From Gammaproteobacteria bacterium (GTDB lineage Bacteria; Pseudomonadota; Gammaproteobacteria; JABCZS01), in assembly GCA_013289085.1 (NCBI GenBank), contig JABDAR010000002.1, forward strand, positions 69,943 through 133,942: 64,000 bases of DNA, read 5' to 3'. Each line of letters opens with the position of its first letter. Position 1 is the first letter of the stretch. The notes beneath the pieces were generated by a model, which had not been told where the DNA came from, did no database searches, and saw nothing but the letters and a program-made list of their open reading frames with translations. A program made the translations under genes and the position numbers. Below, piece by piece: positions 38,734 through 48,613 of this stretch.

Positions 38734-39356
38734 GCGATAAGGCGGGCAAGAAAATGAGGATCAAGCTGATCTGCAGCCTGCATATATTCAATTAAATTTT
38801 CTAAATTAATGATACTAATAACCGGTATTTGATATTGCTGAGCAATCTCTTGTACAGCCGATAATTCACCCGCACCTTTTTCTTGCCTATCTAAAGCAAC
38901 GACTATACCCGCAACTATTGCACCCGCTTGTTGTACTAGGCCAATAGCTTCTCGCACTGCCGTCCCTGCAGTCATTACATCGTCAATAATTAACACCCGA
39001 CCGTTAAGCTTCGCACCCACAATCGTGCCACCTTCACCGTGATCTTTGGCTTCTTTACGATTAAAACTAAAGGGAATATCTTTTTTTAGAAGTTGCTGAA
39101 ACGCAATCGCAGTACTACTCACTAAAGGAATGCCCTTATAAGCAGGACCATATAATTGGTCAAATTCTAGATGAGCATTTTTAATAGCCTCAACATAGAA
39201 TTCGCCTATGCGCTGCAGCATCGCGCCGCTATTAAAAAATAATCCCATATTAAAAAAATATGGACTTTGACGACCTGATTTTAAGGTAAAATCGCCAAAT
39301 TGTAATACTTCGCGCCCTCTGGCAAAATCAATAAATGTCTTTTGGTAGGCTTGCAT
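38706..39356 (-). CDS. pyrE: orotate phosphoribosyltransferase
   Basis: 216 aa with PRTase motif VLIIDDVMTAGTA. Confidence 0.9.
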   Translation of the reverse strand: MQAYQKTFIDFARGREVLQFGDFTLKSGRQSPYFFNMGLFFNSGAMLQRIGEFYVEAIKNAHLEFDQLYGPAYKGIPLVSSTAIAFQQLLKKDIPFSFNRKEAKDHGEGGTIVGAKLNGRVLIIDDVMTAGTAVREAIGLVQQAGAIVAGIVVALDRQEKGAGELSAVQEIAQQYQIPVISIINLENLIEYMQAADQLDPHFLARLIAYRETFASK

Positions 39357-39409
39357 AGTCTTTTCCTATAAAATGCCATTACTATACTACTCAAATTTAA
39401 GGAATTCAA

Positions 39410-40180
39410 ATGCGTATTATTACCCTTAATATCAATGGCATTCGCAGCGGTGCCAAAAAAGGTTTTTTTGAATGGCTGGCCCAGCAAAATGCCGATGTGG
39501 TTTGCTTGCAAGAAACTAAAGCGCAAATAACCGATCTCATTGACCCGATTTTCTTTCCTGAAGGTTATCATGCATTTTTTTGTGATGCGCAAAAGAAAGG
39601 TTATAGTGGCGTAGCCATATATTGCAAACAAAAGCCTCAAAAAATCCATACGAAAATTGGTTTTGATATTATCGACAATGAAGGTCGATATGTGCAAGTT
39701 GATTTTGAAAATTTTAGCGTTACGTCTTTGTATTTACCTTCCGGTTCAAGTGGTGATGAACGTCAAGGTATAAAATATCAAGTACTCGATTTTTATTTGC
39801 AACATTTAAAAAATATTGCGGCTGATAAAAAAAGTCATATCATTTGTGGCGATGTTAATATTGCCCATAAAAATGTGGACATAAAAAATTGGAAAGGCAA
39901 TCAAAAAAATTCTGGGTTTTTACCCGAAGAACGTGCTTGGCTTGATACGGTATTTAATGAAGTGGGTTTTGTGGATGCATTTCGAGTAGTGAACCAAGAA
40001 GCAGAACAATACACTTGGTGGTCTAATCGCGGTCAAGCTTATGCCAAAAATGTGGGATGGCGAATTGATTATCAAGTCATTACGCCGTGTTTACGCGATA
40101 AAATCAAACAAGTGAGTATTTATAAAGATCAAAAATTTTCAGATCACGCGCCGCTGATTATCGATTATATTTCACTTTAA
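39410..40180 (+). CDS. xthA: exodeoxyribonuclease III
   Basis: 256 aa with MRIITLNINGIR, LQETK and SDHAP motifs. Confidence 0.9.
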   Translation: MRIITLNINGIRSGAKKGFFEWLAQQNADVVCLQETKAQITDLIDPIFFPEGYHAFFCDAQKKGYSGVAIYCKQKPQKIHTKIGFDIIDNEGRYVQVDFENFSVTSLYLPSGSSGDERQGIKYQVLDFYLQHLKNIAADKKSHIICGDVNIAHKNVDIKNWKGNQKNSGFLPEERAWLDTVFNEVGFVDAFRVVNQEAEQYTWWSNRGQAYAKNVGWRIDYQVITPCLRDKIKQVSIYKDQKFSDHAPLIIDYISL

Positions 40181-43100
40181 AAAATAAACTATATAATACT
40201 GGCACTACACCTAATGTTAAAATCGTCGCAACTGATATACCAAAAATAATCGCAATGGCCATTGAGCGCCACATTAAACCACCACCAATCCAAAGCGGTA
40301 TCATGCCCGCAACTGTAGTTGCACTGGTTAACAAAATGGGTCGCAAACGTTGTTGCGCAGCTTCAATGATCGCCTGCGCGGCGGGCAGGGCGTTTTCTTC
40401 TATTTCAATCCGAATTCTATCTAGCAATACGATCGCATTATTAATAATAATACCCGCAAGTGAAATCACACCTAATAATGTCATAAAATCAAAAGGCGCT
40501 CTTGTGATTAACAAACCTATTACCACACCAATAATAGATAACGGAATAGTACATAAAATAATTAATGGTTGGGTAATCGAATTAAACTGGGCAATCAAAA
40601 TAAATACAATTAATAAGCCAGCAATCGGTAATTTTGCCATAATCGCAGCTTGTGATTTTACTGCTGTTTCTTCTTCACCACCAAATTCCCAAGAAAATCC
40701 AAACGGCCATGTTTTAGCTGCAGCGATCATAAATGGGCGAATTTCTGCGGTAATTTCTTTTGCAGTCACACCCGGCTCTATTAATGCTTCAACAGTCACT
40801 GTACGCAAGCGATTGCGTCTTTCAATATTGCCAGGCTGCCAAAGTAATTCTGGTGTTGCCACTTGTGTTAAAGGCACAGATTGTCCAGTGGCTTGCGAGT
40901 ACACATTAATACCTGCAATATCATTGCTAATTAAACCTGGCTGTGTTGAACGAATCATAATGGGAATGAGTTCATCACCTTCACGATAGTCACTCGCTTC
41001 GATTCCCGTTAAATAAGCTTGCATGGAAATAGCAATATCTTCATGTGTGACACCCGCTAATTGTGCTCTTGCTTCATCAATATTTAAAACGATTTTTTTG
41101 CTACGCGCACCCCAATCGTCTGTCACTAATTTTGTTCCTGGAATAGTTGCAATATGAGCTTTTACGCTTGAGGCAATGGCAAATAATTCATCCGTATCAC
41201 GCCCTGAAATTCTAACAGCAACAGGTGGCCATGCGTCAGGACCATAAGTCAATGGTCGCAACGTAGGGGCAACATCCGGATAATGCTGAATAATAAATTT
41301 TTCAATTGCCGGCATTAAAACATTCACATTATTTTTTAAAGTCTCACCATTAATGACCATAATCGCATAAGCAAGATTGGGAGGTTCTGGTGCATACGGC
41401 AAGACAAATTTTGGTCCACCATCGCCAATATAAGTGACAAAATCAACAACACCTGTTTGTTCTGCAATAAATTGCTCCATACCATCTACAACTTCCATCG
41501 TGCGCTCAATCGGCGCACCTTGTGGCAATTTTAATTCCACCGTAAAAGTCGGCCGCTCATTGGATGGGAAAAATATACTGGGAATAAAACGAAAACTAAA
41601 TATGGCTAAAAAGAAAACTGCGCCCATTACTAACATTGTTTTCCAAGGACGTTGTAACACGAATAATAAACAGTCACGATATTTTCGATAAAACTTAGAA
41701 TTAAAATTTTCTTCCGATTGTTCAACACGCATAAAGTTAACACACAGTAAGGGTATTAATGTAAGCGCAATAATCCATGATACTAATAAAGTCACCGTGA
41801 TCACTTTAAAAAGACTCGCCACATTTTCACTCGTAGGTGATTCTGCCAAAATAATGGGTAAGAAAGCCGCGATCGTTGTCAGTGATGATGTTAATAATGG
41901 CACACGTAATTCTTTTCCTGCAGCAATTGCAGCATCTTTTGCAGACTTTCCTTGCCGCATTTGCACCATGACTGATTCTGCCATCACAATCGCATTATCC
42001 ACCAAAATACCTAAAGCAATAATGAGCGACGCAAGCGATACTTGCTCAAGCCATACGCCCCATAAGGACATGATGTAAAACGTTATCAACATCGTAGTGG
42101 GAATTAAGGTAGCCACAATTAACCCGGTGCGAAATCCAAGGGCTATTAGCATCACAAGTGCTACAATAAAAATCGCTTGATACAAATTGCTTAGAAAATT
42201 ATTAATTTTGTCGTTCACAATATCCGGCGCAAACATGAATTGCTCAATATTGATACCTATAGGATAGGTTTTAAGTGCGCGCTGTATGACGGTTTCAACT
42301 TCTTTACCCAGTTCAACAATATTCCCGCCACTACGCAAGGAAATGGCTAATGCAAGTGATGGCGTTCCATTCGCATGCATGATTTCTTTGGGCGGATCTA
42401 CATACATGCGTTTAATGGTCACAATATCTTCTAGACGTACGACTTGTGATGAGTCTGGTAATTGCACCACACTGCGACCAATGTCATCTACTGATTCAAA
42501 ATTACCTGTGGGTTCAATCACAATTTTTTCATATTGAGTGCGAATATCCCCGCCAGGTAAAATAATATTGCGCTCTTGCAACATTTTGATGATCATTTTT
42601 GGCGAAATTTTCATTTCTGCTAAACGGGCATTATCATATTCCAATACTACCCATTCATCTTGCGCACCGACAATATCTACTTTTGCCACCTGATCGGCAA
42701 GTAATAATTCATTTTGTATTTGTTTGGCAATTTCTTTTAATTGATGATACGTAAAGCCATCGCCAGTTAATGTATAAATTGTGCCAAACACATCACCGAA
42801 TTCATCATTCACAAAAGGACCAATGACGCCTTCTGGTAAGTCACGTTTTGCATCCTCTACTTTGCGACGTACGTTATCCCAAATAGGACGCATGTTTTTA
42901 TATTGATCTTTTATCGTGACATAGATCACTGATAAACCATCGCGCGAAGTGCTTTTTACAAAATCAACTTCTGGAATTTGTTGAATGGATTTTTCTAATT
43001 TATCAGTCACTAATAATTCAATACGATCAGGACTTGCCCCAGGAAAAAAAGTTTGCACCATGGCCACACGTACGATATAACCAGGATCTTCACTGCGTGG

Positions 43101-43196
43101 CATGGATAAATAAGCGGAAATACCAGCAAATAATAAGACTAAAAGTAGAGTAAAGGTAATGCGATCTTTTTCTATGGCAAAGCGTGTAATATCCAA
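40158..43196 (-). CDS. RND efflux transporter permease (AcrB/HAE family)
   Basis: 1012 aa with 12 TM helices and two large periplasmic loops, showing typical RND N-terminus and repeats. Confidence 0.9.
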   Translation of the reverse strand: MDITRFAIEKDRITFTLLLVLLFAGISAYLSMPRSEDPGYIVRVAMVQTFFPGASPDRIELLVTDKLEKSIQQIPEVDFVKSTSRDGLSVIYVTIKDQYKNMRPIWDNVRRKVEDAKRDLPEGVIGPFVNDEFGDVFGTIYTLTGDGFTYHQLKEIAKQIQNELLLADQVAKVDIVGAQDEWVVLEYDNARLAEMKISPKMIIKMLQERNIILPGGDIRTQYEKIVIEPTGNFESVDDIGRSVVQLPDSSQVVRLEDIVTIKRMYVDPPKEIMHANGTPSLALAISLRSGGNIVELGKEVETVIQRALKTYPIGINIEQFMFAPDIVNDKINNFLSNLYQAIFIVALVMLIALGFRTGLIVATLIPTTMLITFYIMSLWGVWLEQVSLASLIIALGILVDNAIVMAESVMVQMRQGKSAKDAAIAAGKELRVPLLTSSLTTIAAFLPIILAESPTSENVASLFKVITVTLLVSWIIALTLIPLLCVNFMRVEQSEENFNSKFYRKYRDCLLFVLQRPWKTMLVMGAVFFLAIFSFRFIPSIFFPSNERPTFTVELKLPQGAPIERTMEVVDGMEQFIAEQTGVVDFVTYIGDGGPKFVLPYAPEPPNLAYAIMVINGETLKNNVNVLMPAIEKFIIQHYPDVAPTLRPLTYGPDAWPPVAVRISGRDTDELFAIASSVKAHIATIPGTKLVTDDWGARSKKIVLNIDEARAQLAGVTHEDIAISMQAYLTGIEASDYREGDELIPIMIRSTQPGLISNDIAGINVYSQATGQSVPLTQVATPELLWQPGNIERRNRLRTVTVEALIEPGVTAKEITAEIRPFMIAAAKTWPFGFSWEFGGEEETAVKSQAAIMAKLPIAGLLIVFILIAQFNSITQPLIILCTIPLSIIGVVIGLLITRAPFDFMTLLGVISLAGIIINNAIVLLDRIRIEIEENALPAAQAIIEAAQQRLRPILLTSATTVAGMIPLWIGGGLMWRSMAIAIIFGISVATILTLGVVPVLYSLFFKVKYNR

Positions 43197-43200
43197 ACCA

Positions 43201-44307
43201 TTACTCCTTCAATAACGTTACCATTTCCTGATCCGTTAATTGTTTCACGCCTGCGGTGGCAACATATTCACCGGGTGTTAAACCTTGAGTAATCACCAAG
43301 CCCACACGTGTTAAATCACCCACCAAAACATTGCGACGTGTTGCACGCCAAAACCCCGGATGTTTCTCATCTTGTACCAGCACAAAAACAAAGGTGCCGT
43401 CTTTATCTTCACCTACAGCAACCGGTGGCACAATAATATGATGTGCATCTGGATTTTGTTCAACTTTAAAATTAAATTCAACATCAGCGGCCATACCTGA
43501 ACGTAATGTTGTTTGCCCACAATTTTCAGAAAGTTCTACCCGAACAGGATAAGTGGCTGTGCGGACTCCTGTTGCCACACCGACCTCTTTCACGACACCT
43601 GAGAATATTTGATCTTTAAATGCTTGCACACGCACATTGACAATATCTTTAGATTTAATTTGATTAATAATAGTTTCAGATACTGAAACCGTCACTTGTG
43701 GACAATTACCACAATTGACTTCAACTACAGGTTGACCTTGTCCAATATTTTCATTGGTTTCAAAAAAAACTGCAGCAATGTGACATTGATCAGGAGATTT
43801 AATTTCTGTGTAACTCAGTTGCAATCGCGCGCCTTCTAATTGCGCTTGTGCAGATTCTACTTGGGCTTTGCGTGATTCAGAAGTCGCGCGCGCAGCATCT
43901 AAATCATTTTTTGAAGCATTGCGATTTTCATATAAACTTTTTTTACGTTCATAATCTGCTTGTCCATTACGGTATTGTGCTTCTGCTAAATCCAGTGCGG
44001 CTTGTGCTTGTTGCACGGCAATTTGATAATCACGATTATCAAGACTTGCTAATAATTGGCCCTTTTCCACCTCATCGCCCACATTCACAGGTCTTTCTGC
44101 CAATGTACCTGCGACTTTAAAACTTAAAATCGCTTCATATCCCGCTTCTACTTTTCCTGAAAAAGTCCGAAATTGTTCAGTGGCAGCACTCTGTACAACT
44201 GTATATTGCACGGGACGGGCATTGATTTCTTCCTCGTGGGAACTGGAACAGCTACCTAATAATAAGATGGCTATGCCTATTGGCAAAATGTATAATAATG
44301 GCTTCAT
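43201..44307 (-). CDS. RND efflux periplasmic adaptor (membrane fusion) lipoprotein
   Basis: 368 aa with lipobox LLGSC, a coiled-coil hairpin and beta-barrel regions. It lies directly upstream of the RND pump. No outer-membrane factor gene is in the window. Confidence 0.8.
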   Translation of the reverse strand: MKPLLYILPIGIAILLLGSCSSSHEEEINARPVQYTVVQSAATEQFRTFSGKVEAGYEAILSFKVAGTLAERPVNVGDEVEKGQLLASLDNRDYQIAVQQAQAALDLAEAQYRNGQADYERKKSLYENRNASKNDLDAARATSESRKAQVESAQAQLEGARLQLSYTEIKSPDQCHIAAVFFETNENIGQGQPVVEVNCGNCPQVTVSVSETIINQIKSKDIVNVRVQAFKDQIFSGVVKEVGVATGVRTATYPVRVELSENCGQTTLRSGMAADVEFNFKVEQNPDAHHIIVPPVAVGEDKDGTFVFVLVQDEKHPGFWRATRRNVLVGDLTRVGLVITQGLTPGEYVATAGVKQLTDQEMVTLLKE

Positions 44308-44364
44308 GTTTAAGAGGTGCCCATCTAGCGCTATGGTTGAGATTGTTATAGTATAACAAACATT

Positions 44365-44469
44365 ATGTATAAAATTATGAGTATTATCCTATCTTGCTTA
44401 TTATGTGCCTGCGGCCAATCAGGCCCCCTTTATCTACCCAATGAGCAACACGAGGAAGAAAGTGAATGA
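44365..44469 (+). CDS. lptM: small lipoprotein LptM (YifL family)
   Basis: 34-aa ORF missing from the ORF track: MYKIMSIILSCLLCACGQSGPLYLPNEQHEEESE. Lipobox plus the C-G-x-x-GPLY-x-P signature seen in E. coli YifL. Its stop overlaps the lysA start (ATGA), and the lptM-lysA-dapF order is conserved. Confidence 0.7.
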   Translation: MYKIMSIILSCLLCACGQSGPLYLPNEQHEEESE

Positions 44470-45713
44470 AGTCTAGTTTTCATTACCGCGATCGCCAATT
44501 ATATGTAGAAAATGTGCCACTCGCCCATATTGCGCAACAATGGGGTACGCCCACTTATGTGTATTCATTATCAGCATTGCTTGATAATTATCAAGCATTT
44601 ACGCATGCACTACAAAACCAACCCCATTTGATATGTTATGCCGTTAAGGCCAATAGCAATATTGCCTTGCTTAATTGTTTGGCAAAACAAGGTTCGGGGT
44701 TTGATATTGTATCTTTAGGCGAATTGCATCGCGTCCTTGCCGCAGGTGGCGATGTGCGGAAAATTGTATTCTCAGGTGTGGGTAAAGGTGAACTTGATAT
44801 TCGTAATGCGTTAGATATCGGTATTGCTTGCTTTAATGTGGAATCTGCGCCAGAGCTTGATAAAATTCAAGCCATTGCTAAACGCTTAAATAAACCCGCT
44901 TCGATTTCTATTCGTGTTAATCCAGATGTGGATGCCAAAACTCATCCGTATATTTCTACAGGGTTAAAAATTCATAAATTTGGCGTCGATATTGATAATG
45001 CGATCAAAATGTATCAACATGCGCAATCTTTATCACATATTAAAATCCATGGCATTGATTGCCATATTGGCTCGCAAATTACTGCGATTGAGCCTTTTTT
45101 ACAAGCGCTCGATCAAGTCTTAGATTTAATTGATCAATTAAAAAAATCCGGCATTGACATTGCGCATTTAAATTTAGGTGGCGGCTTAGGTGTGCGTTAT
45201 CAGGATGAAATACCGCCAGATATCAGTACTTATTGTGCGGCCATCGTGCAACAATTAAAAGGGCGCGATATCAAACTCATTTTAGAACCAGGACGCGCGC
45301 TCGTTGCCAATACCGGCATTTTACTCACTCATGTTGAATATATTAAACAAGGTTTTGAAAAAAAATTCGCGATAGTCGATGCCGCAATGAATGATTTAAT
45401 CAGACCTAGTTTATATGATGCCTGGCATCACTTATTACCCGTGATTGAACATCAAGATATCGATGAAGATATCTATGATGTAGTAGGACCTGTGTGTGAA
45501 ACCGGTGATTTCATTGCCAAACAACGCGCACTTAAAATTAAAGATCAAGATTTAATTGCTATCATGAGTGCTGGCGCTTATGGTTTTAGCATGAGTTCAA
45601 ATTACAACAGTAGACCTCGCGCTGCTGAAATCGCTGTCAAAGGCGACAGTGCGCGCGTTGTCCGTGACCGAGAAACTTATAGCGATTTATTTAAACATGA
45701 ACATTTACTTTAA
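44466..45713 (+). CDS. lysA: diaminopimelate decarboxylase
   Basis: 415 aa with PLP-lysine motif CYAVKAN and the EPGR and CETGD motifs. Confidence 0.9.
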   Translation: MKSSFHYRDRQLYVENVPLAHIAQQWGTPTYVYSLSALLDNYQAFTHALQNQPHLICYAVKANSNIALLNCLAKQGSGFDIVSLGELHRVLAAGGDVRKIVFSGVGKGELDIRNALDIGIACFNVESAPELDKIQAIAKRLNKPASISIRVNPDVDAKTHPYISTGLKIHKFGVDIDNAIKMYQHAQSLSHIKIHGIDCHIGSQITAIEPFLQALDQVLDLIDQLKKSGIDIAHLNLGGGLGVRYQDEIPPDISTYCAAIVQQLKGRDIKLILEPGRALVANTGILLTHVEYIKQGFEKKFAIVDAAMNDLIRPSLYDAWHHLLPVIEHQDIDEDIYDVVGPVCETGDFIAKQRALKIKDQDLIAIMSAGAYGFSMSSNYNSRPRAAEIAVKGDSARVVRDRETYSDLFKHEHLL

Positions 45714-46479
45714 TAAAATGCAAGCCTTAGGCAATGATTTTGTCGTGATTGAAACCATCACCCAAACATTTAAGGCAACGCCAGAACGAATCAAAAAATT
45801 AGCCGATAGACATTATGGCATTGGCTGCGATCAAGTTTTAATTATCGGAATGTCAGATAATCCGCAAGCTGATTTTGAATACACGATTTATAATAATGAC
45901 GGCAGCAGCGCTAAACAATGTGGTAATGGCGCGCGGTGTGTCGGTTTATTTATTAAAGAAGAGGGTTTATCAAGCAAAAATAAAATCACGCTTGCAACAG
46001 CTGATCATTTAACCCATGTGGATATGAGTCATGCTGAAAATATTAGCGTTGAAATCGGTGTGCCTGTTTTTGATCAGGAAAAAAGTAAACAATTAAATAT
46101 GGGCGTATTATCTATCGGTAATCCCCACTTGATTATACAAGTCCCTAATATTGCACAAGCAGATGTTGCTAATATTGGCATAGGTTATAATCAGCAAAAT
46201 CCATTATTTCCAGAAGGCGTGAATGTCAGTTTTTACGAAATTATTTCTAAAGAACATGTAAAGTTACGCGTTTTTGAACGCGGCGTTGGTGAAACCCTCG
46301 CATGTGGATCAGCTGCAAGCGCAACTATGGCTTATTTACGCCATTTAAATTTAATTAATGATACAGTGAAGATTAATTTACCCGGTGGTGAATTAACCGT
46401 CAGCTGGGCAGGCGGTGAAAAACCAGTGATTTTGAAAGGCAATGCTGAAAATGTTTTTACAGGAGTTTATACATTATGA
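45697..46479 (+). CDS. dapF: diaminopimelate epimerase
   Basis: N-terminus MNIYFNKMQALGNDFVVIE (E. coli: MQFSKMHGLGNDF) and catalytic Cys motifs NNDGSSAKQCGNG and GETLACGS. The ORF-track start at 45649 lies inside lysA. Confidence 0.9.
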   Translation: MNIYFNKMQALGNDFVVIETITQTFKATPERIKKLADRHYGIGCDQVLIIGMSDNPQADFEYTIYNNDGSSAKQCGNGARCVGLFIKEEGLSSKNKITLATADHLTHVDMSHAENISVEIGVPVFDQEKSKQLNMGVLSIGNPHLIIQVPNIAQADVANIGIGYNQQNPLFPEGVNVSFYEIISKEHVKLRVFERGVGETLACGSAASATMAYLRHLNLINDTVKINLPGGELTVSWAGGEKPVILKGNAENVFTGVYTL

Positions 46480-46826
46480 AAAATATCATGCCCTACATAC
46501 GCCCATTAGGCGTTATTGCTATTTTTATTGCTGTATTTACCTGGGGACTGGAGTTAGCACACTTTGTGCCTACATGTCCTTATTGCCAGGTGCAACGCAC
46601 AATTATTGGAGTACTCGGTATTTTAATGGTCTTGCCTAATATTCGCTACGCCACATTATTATTGACTGTGGTTTTAGGTTTATTCGGCACCAACGTATCT
46701 AGTGATCAAATTTTCATGATGGTACGTGAACATAACTTTATGAATATGATTATGTTGCTAGCAGTCTGTGCGTCATTTATTATTGCAGGACAAATGATCA
46801 TGCTGGTGAAAAGAGAATCGATATGA
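46476..46826 (+). CDS. small 4-TM membrane protein with CPYC-x-x-QR motif (minimal DsbB-like)
   Basis: 116 aa. The motif PTCPYCQVQR after the first TM helix resembles the DsbB family first-loop C-x-x-C-x-x-QR. There is no second Cys pair in the later loop. It overlaps both neighbours by ATGA. Confidence 0.5.
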   Translation: MKNIMPYIRPLGVIAIFIAVFTWGLELAHFVPTCPYCQVQRTIIGVLGILMVLPNIRYATLLLTVVLGLFGTNVSSDQIFMMVREHNFMNMIMLLAVCASFIIAGQMIMLVKRESI

Positions 46827-48127
46827 AAGATCGTTTTGGATTATCTGTATCAACAACCCAACATGCGGTTATCGATGCGCTTGATCATTTTTCAACACAG
46901 TTATTATTAAATGGTCAAACTGCTGGAAAAATATTAGATGCAGTTAACGCGCATCCTGATAGTTTATTATTGAATTGCCACAGCGGAATAATATTTTTAT
47001 ATTCGCACGATGATGTAGATTCGGCCAAAACATTACCTTATTTAAAAGCTGCTGAAGCATTACTCAATGTAAGCAATAATCGCGAAAAATTACATTATCA
47101 GGCTGCGTGTGCTTGGTATGCAAAAGATTACGACACTGCCATTGTCGCTTATAAAAAAATTACTGAGCAGTGGCCGCGTGATTGTGTTGCAGCTAAATTT
47201 GCCGAATGGATATTTTATTGCGCAGGTCAATCGTTTTATGCAGATCGCTTCTTGCATATCACCGCACCTATGTATCTTCATAATAAAAACGAACCTGGTT
47301 TTTTAGCCACACATTCATTTGCACTGGAATTAACGCAGCAGTATGATCAATCTTTAGCTATCGCTTACGATGCTTTAGCCATTGAGCCCATCACACCTTG
47401 GGCGCATCACACTGTTGGGCATGCACTCATGGCAAAAAGCGAAATTAATCACGGCATTGATCTTTTTGAAAAATATAAACCTAGTTGGGGGGGAATTCTA
47501 CCTCCGCTCGCTGGCCATCTGACTTGGCATTTAACTTTATTTTATTTAGCTAATCTTGAAGAGAAAAAGATATTATCGCAATTCTCACCAGGCGTATGGG
47601 GCAATACCCCAGAATTATCACTGGAACAAATCGATGCCATTTCATTACTCTGGCGCATGGAAATGGCTGATATGCCGCATGATGATTTATTAAAACAAGT
47701 GACAAAAAAATTAGGGCCACATGTTTATCAACAATATATTGGCTTTGATAATGCACATTATATTTATGCCCTCTCACGTACCGGCAATACCGAATCGGCG
47801 CAAAAAATTATCAGTGATGCCACCCATTATGCACACACATTGCAGCCGTCTTATCAGAATATATGGTTAAATATTTGTATACCGTTGTTCAAAGGTATTC
47901 ATGCTTATGCCTTAGGACATTATCAGGAAGCTAGTACACATTTAAATCCTATTTTACCTATAGTTGCATGCGTTGGCGGCAGTGATGCTCAAGTCGAAGT
48001 ATTTTATCAAACTGCTGTTATCAGTTTATTACGTGCGGGAAAAAAAGATAAAGCACAAGCATTGATCAATCAATATTTACCGTATTTTATTCCTACGAAG
48101 TTAGGCGAGCTTTGGAGTCAAAGCTAA
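46823..48127 (+). CDS. TTC38-family tetratricopeptide-repeat protein
   Basis: 434 aa. PWAHHTVGHAL, HLTWHLTLFYL and GGSDAQVEVFYQ align with the TTC38 motifs I recall (AWSVHTVAHI, HNYWHWALY, GGSNAQRDVFNQ). Confidence 0.65.
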   Translation: MKDRFGLSVSTTQHAVIDALDHFSTQLLLNGQTAGKILDAVNAHPDSLLLNCHSGIIFLYSHDDVDSAKTLPYLKAAEALLNVSNNREKLHYQAACAWYAKDYDTAIVAYKKITEQWPRDCVAAKFAEWIFYCAGQSFYADRFLHITAPMYLHNKNEPGFLATHSFALELTQQYDQSLAIAYDALAIEPITPWAHHTVGHALMAKSEINHGIDLFEKYKPSWGGILPPLAGHLTWHLTLFYLANLEEKKILSQFSPGVWGNTPELSLEQIDAISLLWRMEMADMPHDDLLKQVTKKLGPHVYQQYIGFDNAHYIYALSRTGNTESAQKIISDATHYAHTLQPSYQNIWLNICIPLFKGIHAYALGHYQEASTHLNPILPIVACVGGSDAQVEVFYQTAVISLLRAGKKDKAQALINQYLPYFIPTKLGELWSQS

Positions 48128-48181
48128 GCTTTCATGCTATCATCAAACCATATCTAATTTAAATCAACTTTGGAGTTCAAA

Positions 48182-48613
48182 ATGGTAATCAGAAAAGCAA
48201 GCGCGCAATGGAATGGGACTTTAAAAGAAGGTACTGGAAAACTTGAAGTAGGGAATGCAAGATGGTCTGCACCTTATTCATTTGAAACTCGATTTGGCGC
48301 TGGTGAACAGGGCACTAATCCTGAAGAATTAATTGCTGCGGCTCACGCCAGTTGTTATTCTATGGCACTTGCGGCCACGCTGGAAAAATCTGGCTTTGTT
48401 GCTGAAGCTGTTAATACAACAGCAAATGTACGTTTAGATACTGTAGAGGGCGGTTTTGCGATTACTGAAATTTCGCTTGATGTGACAGCAAAAGTACCTG
48501 GTATTGATGATACCCAATTTGCAACGATAGCCAATGAAGTCAAAAGCAATTGTCCGGTTTCTAAAGCACTTGCCAGCGTTAAAATTAATTTGACGGCACG
48601 TTTGGCATCATGA
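48182..48613 (+). CDS. osmC: OsmC-family peroxiredoxin
   Basis: 143 aa with GTNPEELIAAAHASCYSMAL and NCPVSKAL motifs. The ATG at 48182 follows GGAG by 6 nt. The ORF-track start at 48170 is a TTG. Confidence 0.85.
   Translation: MVIRKASAQWNGTLKEGTGKLEVGNARWSAPYSFETRFGAGEQGTNPEELIAAAHASCYSMALAATLEKSGFVAEAVNTTANVRLDTVEGGFAITEISLDVTAKVPGIDDTQFATIANEVKSNCPVSKALASVKINLTARLAS

Noticed and set aside
39281-39697. 138-aa minus-strand ORF spanning the pyrE start, the pyrE-xthA spacer and the 5' part of xthA.
   Set aside because: It overlaps two confidently assigned genes, and its sequence has no family features. It is most likely a chance open frame in AT-rich DNA.
40255-40989. 244-aa ORF on the plus strand inside the RND pump gene. 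Similar antisense ORFs occur at 586..789, 1287..1511, 2154..2579, 9369..9779, 19495..19806, 30991..31278, 50023..50367 and 61962..62426.
   Set aside because: All lie fully within, and antisense to, long ORFs with strong family signatures. Their translations are low-complexity or biased, with no recognisable motifs or ribosome-binding sites. They are typical shadow ORFs.
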